A stretch of 64,000 bases of DNA from Rhynchopus sp. YZ270_cl-10 (lineage: Eukaryota): the NCBI GenBank assembly GCA_964035575.1, contig OZ037839.1:1550001-1614000 (forward strand), in the 5' to 3' direction. The notes below the pieces were generated by a model. That model ran no database searches. It saw only the letters and a program-made list of their open reading frames with translations, and was not told where the DNA came from. Both the position numbers and the translations under genes were made by a program. Shown one piece after another: positions 59,101 to 64,000 of the stretch. The stretch's first letter is position 1, and each line of letters starts with the position of its first letter.

Positions 59101-62100
59101 TTGCACCCTGTATTTTTACTTAAAAATCAAGACAAAGTGATTTTTACCTGGATTTTTGCCTGTATTTTACTAGGGATTTTCCCTTAGTAAAATACAGGGG
59201 AATTATCTAACACCTCGTCCCGAGTTTTTGTCCGAGAATGCGATTACTAATTAGTTACTCCACTAATTAAATCGAGCAAAAATATGGTGAACTCAGCGGA
59301 GCCCGGTTTTAAAAGTGCCAAAAACGACCTTTTCGTTTTGACGCGTTGTGAGTTCCTCAAATGCAATTTTGAAGGGTAAAAAATTCGGGTTTTCTAAGCA
59401 CATGCAGTGCTAAGTTAAAAAAAATCGCGAAAAAAAAATACAAAAATTTTGTGTTGGAAGCTCGGAACCCAGAAACGTCCAATGGTGAAGTTTTTTTCTG
59501 GTTTCGTTGCACCCTGTATTTTTACTTAAAAATCAAGACAAAGTGATTTTTACCTGGATTTTTGCCTGTATTTTACTAGGGATTTTCCCTTAGTAAAATA
59601 CAGGGGAATTATCTAACACCTCGTCCCGAGTTTTTGTCCGAGAATGCGATTACTAATTAGTTACTCCACTAATTAAATCGAGCAAAAATATGGTGAACTC
59701 AGCGGAGCCCGGTTTTAAAAGTGCCAAAAACGACCTTTTCGTTTTGACGCGTTGTGAGTTCCTCAAATGCAATTTTGAAGGGTAAAAAATTCGGGTTTTC
59801 TAAGCACATGCAGTGCTAAGTTAAAAAAAATCGCGAAAAAAAAATACAAAAATTTTGTGTTGGAAGCTCGGAACCCAGAAACGTCCAATGGTGAAGTTTT
59901 TTTCTGGTTTCGTTGCACCCTGTATTTTTACTTAAAAATCAAGACAAAGTGATTTTTACCTGGATTTTTGCCTGTATTTTACTAGGGATTTTCCCTTAGT
60001 AAAATACAGGGGAATTATCTAACACCTCGTCCCGAGTTTTTGTCCGAGAATGCGATTACTAATTAGTTACTCCACTAATTAAATCGAGCAAAAATATGGT
60101 GAACTCAGCGGAGCCCGGTTTTAAAAGTGCCAAAAACGACCTTTTCGTTTTGACGCGTTGTGAGTTCCTCAAATGCAATTTTGAAGGGTAAAAAATTCGG
60201 GTTTTCTAAGCACATGCAGTGCTAAGTTAAAAAAAATCGCGAAAAAAAAATACAAAAATTTTGTGTTGGAAGCTCGGAACCCAGAAACGTCCAATGGTGA
60301 AGTTTTTTTCTGGTTTCGTTGCACCCTGTATTTTTACTTAAAAATCAAGACAAAGTGATTTTTACCTGGATTTTTGCCTGTATTTTACTAGGGATTTTCC
60401 CTTAGTAAAATACAGGGGAATTATCTAACACCTCGTCCCGAGTTTTTGTCCGAGAATGCGATTACTAATTAGTTACTCCACTAATTAAATCGAGCAAAAA
60501 TATGGTGAACTCAGCGGAGCCCGGTTTTAAAAGTGCCAAAAACGACCTTTTCGTTTTGACGCGTTGTGAGTTCCTCAAATGCAATTTTGAAGGGTAAAAA
60601 ATTCGGGTTTTCTAAGCACATGCAGTGCTAAGTTAAAAAAAATCGCGAAAAAAAAATACAAAAATTTTGTGTTGGAAGCTCGGAACCCAGAAACGTCCAA
60701 TGGTGAAGTTTTTTTCTGGTTTCGTTGCACCCTGTATTTTTACTTAAAAATCAAGACAAAGTGATTTTTACCTGGATTTTTGCCTGTATTTTACTAGGGA
60801 TTTTCCCTTAGTAAAATACAGGGGAATTATCTAACACCTCGTCCCGAGTTTTTGTCCGAGAATGCGATTACTAATTAGTTACTCCACTAATTAAATCGAG
60901 CAAAAATATGGTGAACTCAGCGGAGCCCGGTTTTAAAAGTGCCAAAAACGACCTTTTCGTTTTGACGCGTTGTGAGTTCCTCAAATGCAATTTTGAAGGG
61001 TAAAAAATTCGGGTTTTCTAAGCACATGCAGTGCTAAGTTAAAAAAAATCGCGAAAAAAAAATACAAAAATTTTGTGTTGGAAGCTCGGAACCCAGAAAC
61101 GTCCAATGGTGAAGTTTTTTTCTGGTTTCGTTGCACCCTGTATTTTTACTTAAAAATCAAGACAAAGTGATTTTTACCTGGATTTTTGCCTGTATTTTAC
61201 TAGGGATTTTCCCTTAGTAAAATACAGGGGAATTATCTAACACCTCGTCCCGAGTTTTTGTCCGAGAATGCGATTACTAATTAGTTACTCCACTAATTAA
61301 ATCGAGCAAAAATATGGTGAACTCAGCGGAGCCCGGTTTTAAAAGTGCCAAAAACGACCTTTTCGTTTTGACGCGTTGTGAGTTCCTCAAATGCAATTTT
61401 GAAGGGTAAAAAATTCGGGTTTTCTAAGCACATGCAGTGCTAAGTTAAAAAAAATCGCGAAAAAAAAATACAAAAATTTTGTGTTGGAAGCTCGGAACCC
61501 AGAAACGTCCAATGGTGAAGTTTTTTTCTGGTTTCGTTGCACCCTGTATTTTTACTTAAAAATCAAGACAAAGTGATTTTTACCTGGATTTTTGCCTGTA
61601 TTTTACTAGGGATTTTCCCTTAGTAAAATACAGGGGAATTATCTAACACCTCGTCCCGAGTTTTTGTCCGAGAATGCGATTACTAATTAGTTACTCCACT
61701 AATTAAATCGAGCAAAAATATGGTGAACTCAGCGGAGCCCGGTTTTAAAAGTGCCAAAAACGACCTTTTCGTTTTGACGCGTTGTGAGTTCCTCAAATGC
61801 AATTTTGAAGGGTAAAAAATTCGGGTTTTCTAAGCACATGCAGTGCTAAGTTAAAAAAAATCGCGAAAAAAAAATACAAAAATTTTGTGTTGGAAGCTCG
61901 GAACCCAGAAACGTCCAATGGTGAAGTTTTTTTCTGGTTTCGTTGCACCCTGTATTTTTACTTAAAAATCAAGACAAAGTGATTTTTACCTGGATTTTTG
62001 CCTGTATTTTACTAGGGATTTTCCCTTAGTAAAATACAGGGGAATTATCTAACACCTCGTCCCGAGTTTTTGTCCGAGAATGCGATTACTAATTAGTTAC

Positions 62101-64000
62101 TCCACTAATTAAATCGAGCAAAAATATGGTGAACTCAGCGGAGCCCGGTTTTAAAAGTGCCAAAAACGACCTTTTCGTTTTGACGCGTTGTGAGTTCCTC
62201 AAATGCAATTTTGAAGGGTAAAAAATTCGGGTTTTCTAAGCACATGCAGTGCTAAGTTAAAAAAAATCGCGAAAAAAAAATACAAAAATTTTGTGTTGGA
62301 AGCTCGGAACCCAGAAACGTCCAATGGTGAAGTTTTTTTCTGGTTTCGTTGCACCCTGTATTTTTACTTAAAAATCAAGACAAAGTGATTTTTACCTGGA
62401 TTTTTGCCTGTATTTTACTAGGGATTTTCCCTTAGTAAAATACAGGGGAATTATCTAACACCTCGTCCCGAGTTTTTGTCCGAGAATGCGATTACTAATT
62501 AGTTACTCCACTAATTAAATCGAGCAAAAATATGGTGAACTCAGCGGAGCCCGGTTTTAAAAGTGCCAAAAACGACCTTTTCGTTTTGACGCGTTGTGAG
62601 TTCCTCAAATGCAATTTTGAAGGGTAAAAAATTCGGGTTTTCTAAGCACATGCAGTGCTAAGTTAAAAAAAATCGCGAAAAAAAAATACAAAAATTTTGT
62701 GTTGGAAGCTCGGAACCCAGAAACGTCCAATGGTGAAGTTTTTTTCTGGTTTCGTTGCACCCTGTATTTTTACTTAAAAATCAAGACAAAGTGATTTTTA
62801 CCTGGATTTTTGCCTGTATTTTACTAGGGATTTTCCCTTAGTAAAATACAGGGGAATTATCTAACACCTCGTCCCGAGTTTTTGTCCGAGAATGCGATTA
62901 CTAATTAGTTACTCCACTAATTAAATCGAGCAAAAATATGGTGAACTCAGCGGAGCCCGGTTTTAAAAGTGCCAAAAACGACCTTTTCGTTTTGACGCGT
63001 TGTGAGTTCCTCAAATGCAATTTTGAAGGGTAAAAAATTCGGGTTTTCTAAGCACATGCAGTGCTAAGTTAAAAAAAATCGCGAAAAAAAAATACAAAAA
63101 TTTTGTGTTGGAAGCTCGGAACCCAGAAACGTCCAATGGTGAAGTTTTTTTCTGGTTTCGTTGCACCCTGTATTTTTACTTAAAAATCAAGACAAAGTGA
63201 TTTTTACCTGGATTTTTGCCTGTATTTTACTAGGGATTTTCCCTTAGTAAAATACAGGGGAATTATCTAACACCTCGTCCCGAGTTTTTGTCCGAGAATG
63301 CGATTACTAATTAGTTACTCCACTAATTAAATCGAGCAAAAATATGGTGAACTCAGCGGAGCCCGGTTTTAAAAGTGCCAAAAACGACCTTTTCGTTTTG
63401 ACGCGTTGTGAGTTCCTCAAATGCAATTTTGAAGGGTAAAAAATTCGGGTTTTCTAAGCACATGCAGTGCTAAGTTAAAAAAAATCGCGAAAAAAAAATA
63501 CAAAAATTTTGTGTTGGAAGCTCGGAACCCAGAAACGTCCAATGGTGAAGTTTTTTTCTGGTTTCGTTGCACCCTGTATTTTTACTTAAAAATCAAGACA
63601 AAGTGATTTTTACCTGGATTTTTGCCTGTATTTTACTAGGGATTTTCCCTTAGTAAAATACAGGGGAATTATCTAACACCTCGTCCCGAGTTTTTGTCCG
63701 AGAATGCGATTACTAATTAGTTACTCCACTAATTAAATCGAGCAAAAATATGGTGAACTCAGCGGAGCCCGGTTTTAAAAGTGCCAAAAACGACCTTTTC
63801 GTTTTGACGCGTTGTGAGTTCCTCAAATGCAATTTTGAAGGGTAAAAAATTCGGGTTTTCTAAGCACATGCAGTGCTAAGTTAAAAAAAATCGCGAAAAA
63901 AAAATACAAAAATTTTGTGTTGGAAGCTCGGAACCCAGAAACGTCCAATGGTGAAGTTTTTTTCTGGTTTCGTTGCACCCTGTATTTTTACTTAAAAATC
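50190..64000. repeat. 406-bp satellite, 34 further units running off the window
   Basis: 50196 to 64000 = 34 x 406 exactly. No unit differences were seen by eye. Each unit contains the hairpin CCTGTATTTTACTA-gggattttccct-TAGTAAAATACAGG. Confidence 0.98.

Noticed and set aside
40769..64000. 406-bp array as an SL RNA gene, 5S rRNA or CRISPR array
   Set aside because: The unit lacks the SL exon and any recognisable 5S sequence. Units are fully repeated with no unique spacers.

Overview
Eukaryotic nuclear DNA, most likely from a diplonemid (Euglenozoa). The evidence is a 39-nt diplonemid/kinetoplastid-type spliced-leader (SL) exon at 41907-41945, GT-AG cis-introns with GTATG donors, and all host genes lying on one strand behind polypyrimidine-AG acceptors. 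Bases 7-40 kb hold a tandem family of six ubiquitin-like-domain + BspA-type LRR genes. Their scaffolds are near-identical but they carry hypervariable codons and different repeat numbers. The same region contains a five-exon, GTPase-degenerate eEF2 paralog with an intact diphthamide loop, an XK-like membrane protein gene, and nested non-autonomous DNA transposons (PIF/Harbinger-like with TAA TSDs, CACTA-like) filled with GTAC-core microsatellites. A 607-bp insertion sits at the same nucleotide of two LRR genes, and its 15-bp TSD contains AG|GT, so it could be removed as a precise intron. From 40769 to the window end runs a homogeneous 406-bp satellite. It is interrupted by a full-length ~8.3-kb CRE/SLACS-like RT-RLE retrotransposon that starts with a trans-spliced SL plus an SL relic, encodes two OTU-like domains, and ends in poly(A) with a short TSD. 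All calls come from reading the sequence by eye; no database searches were run.
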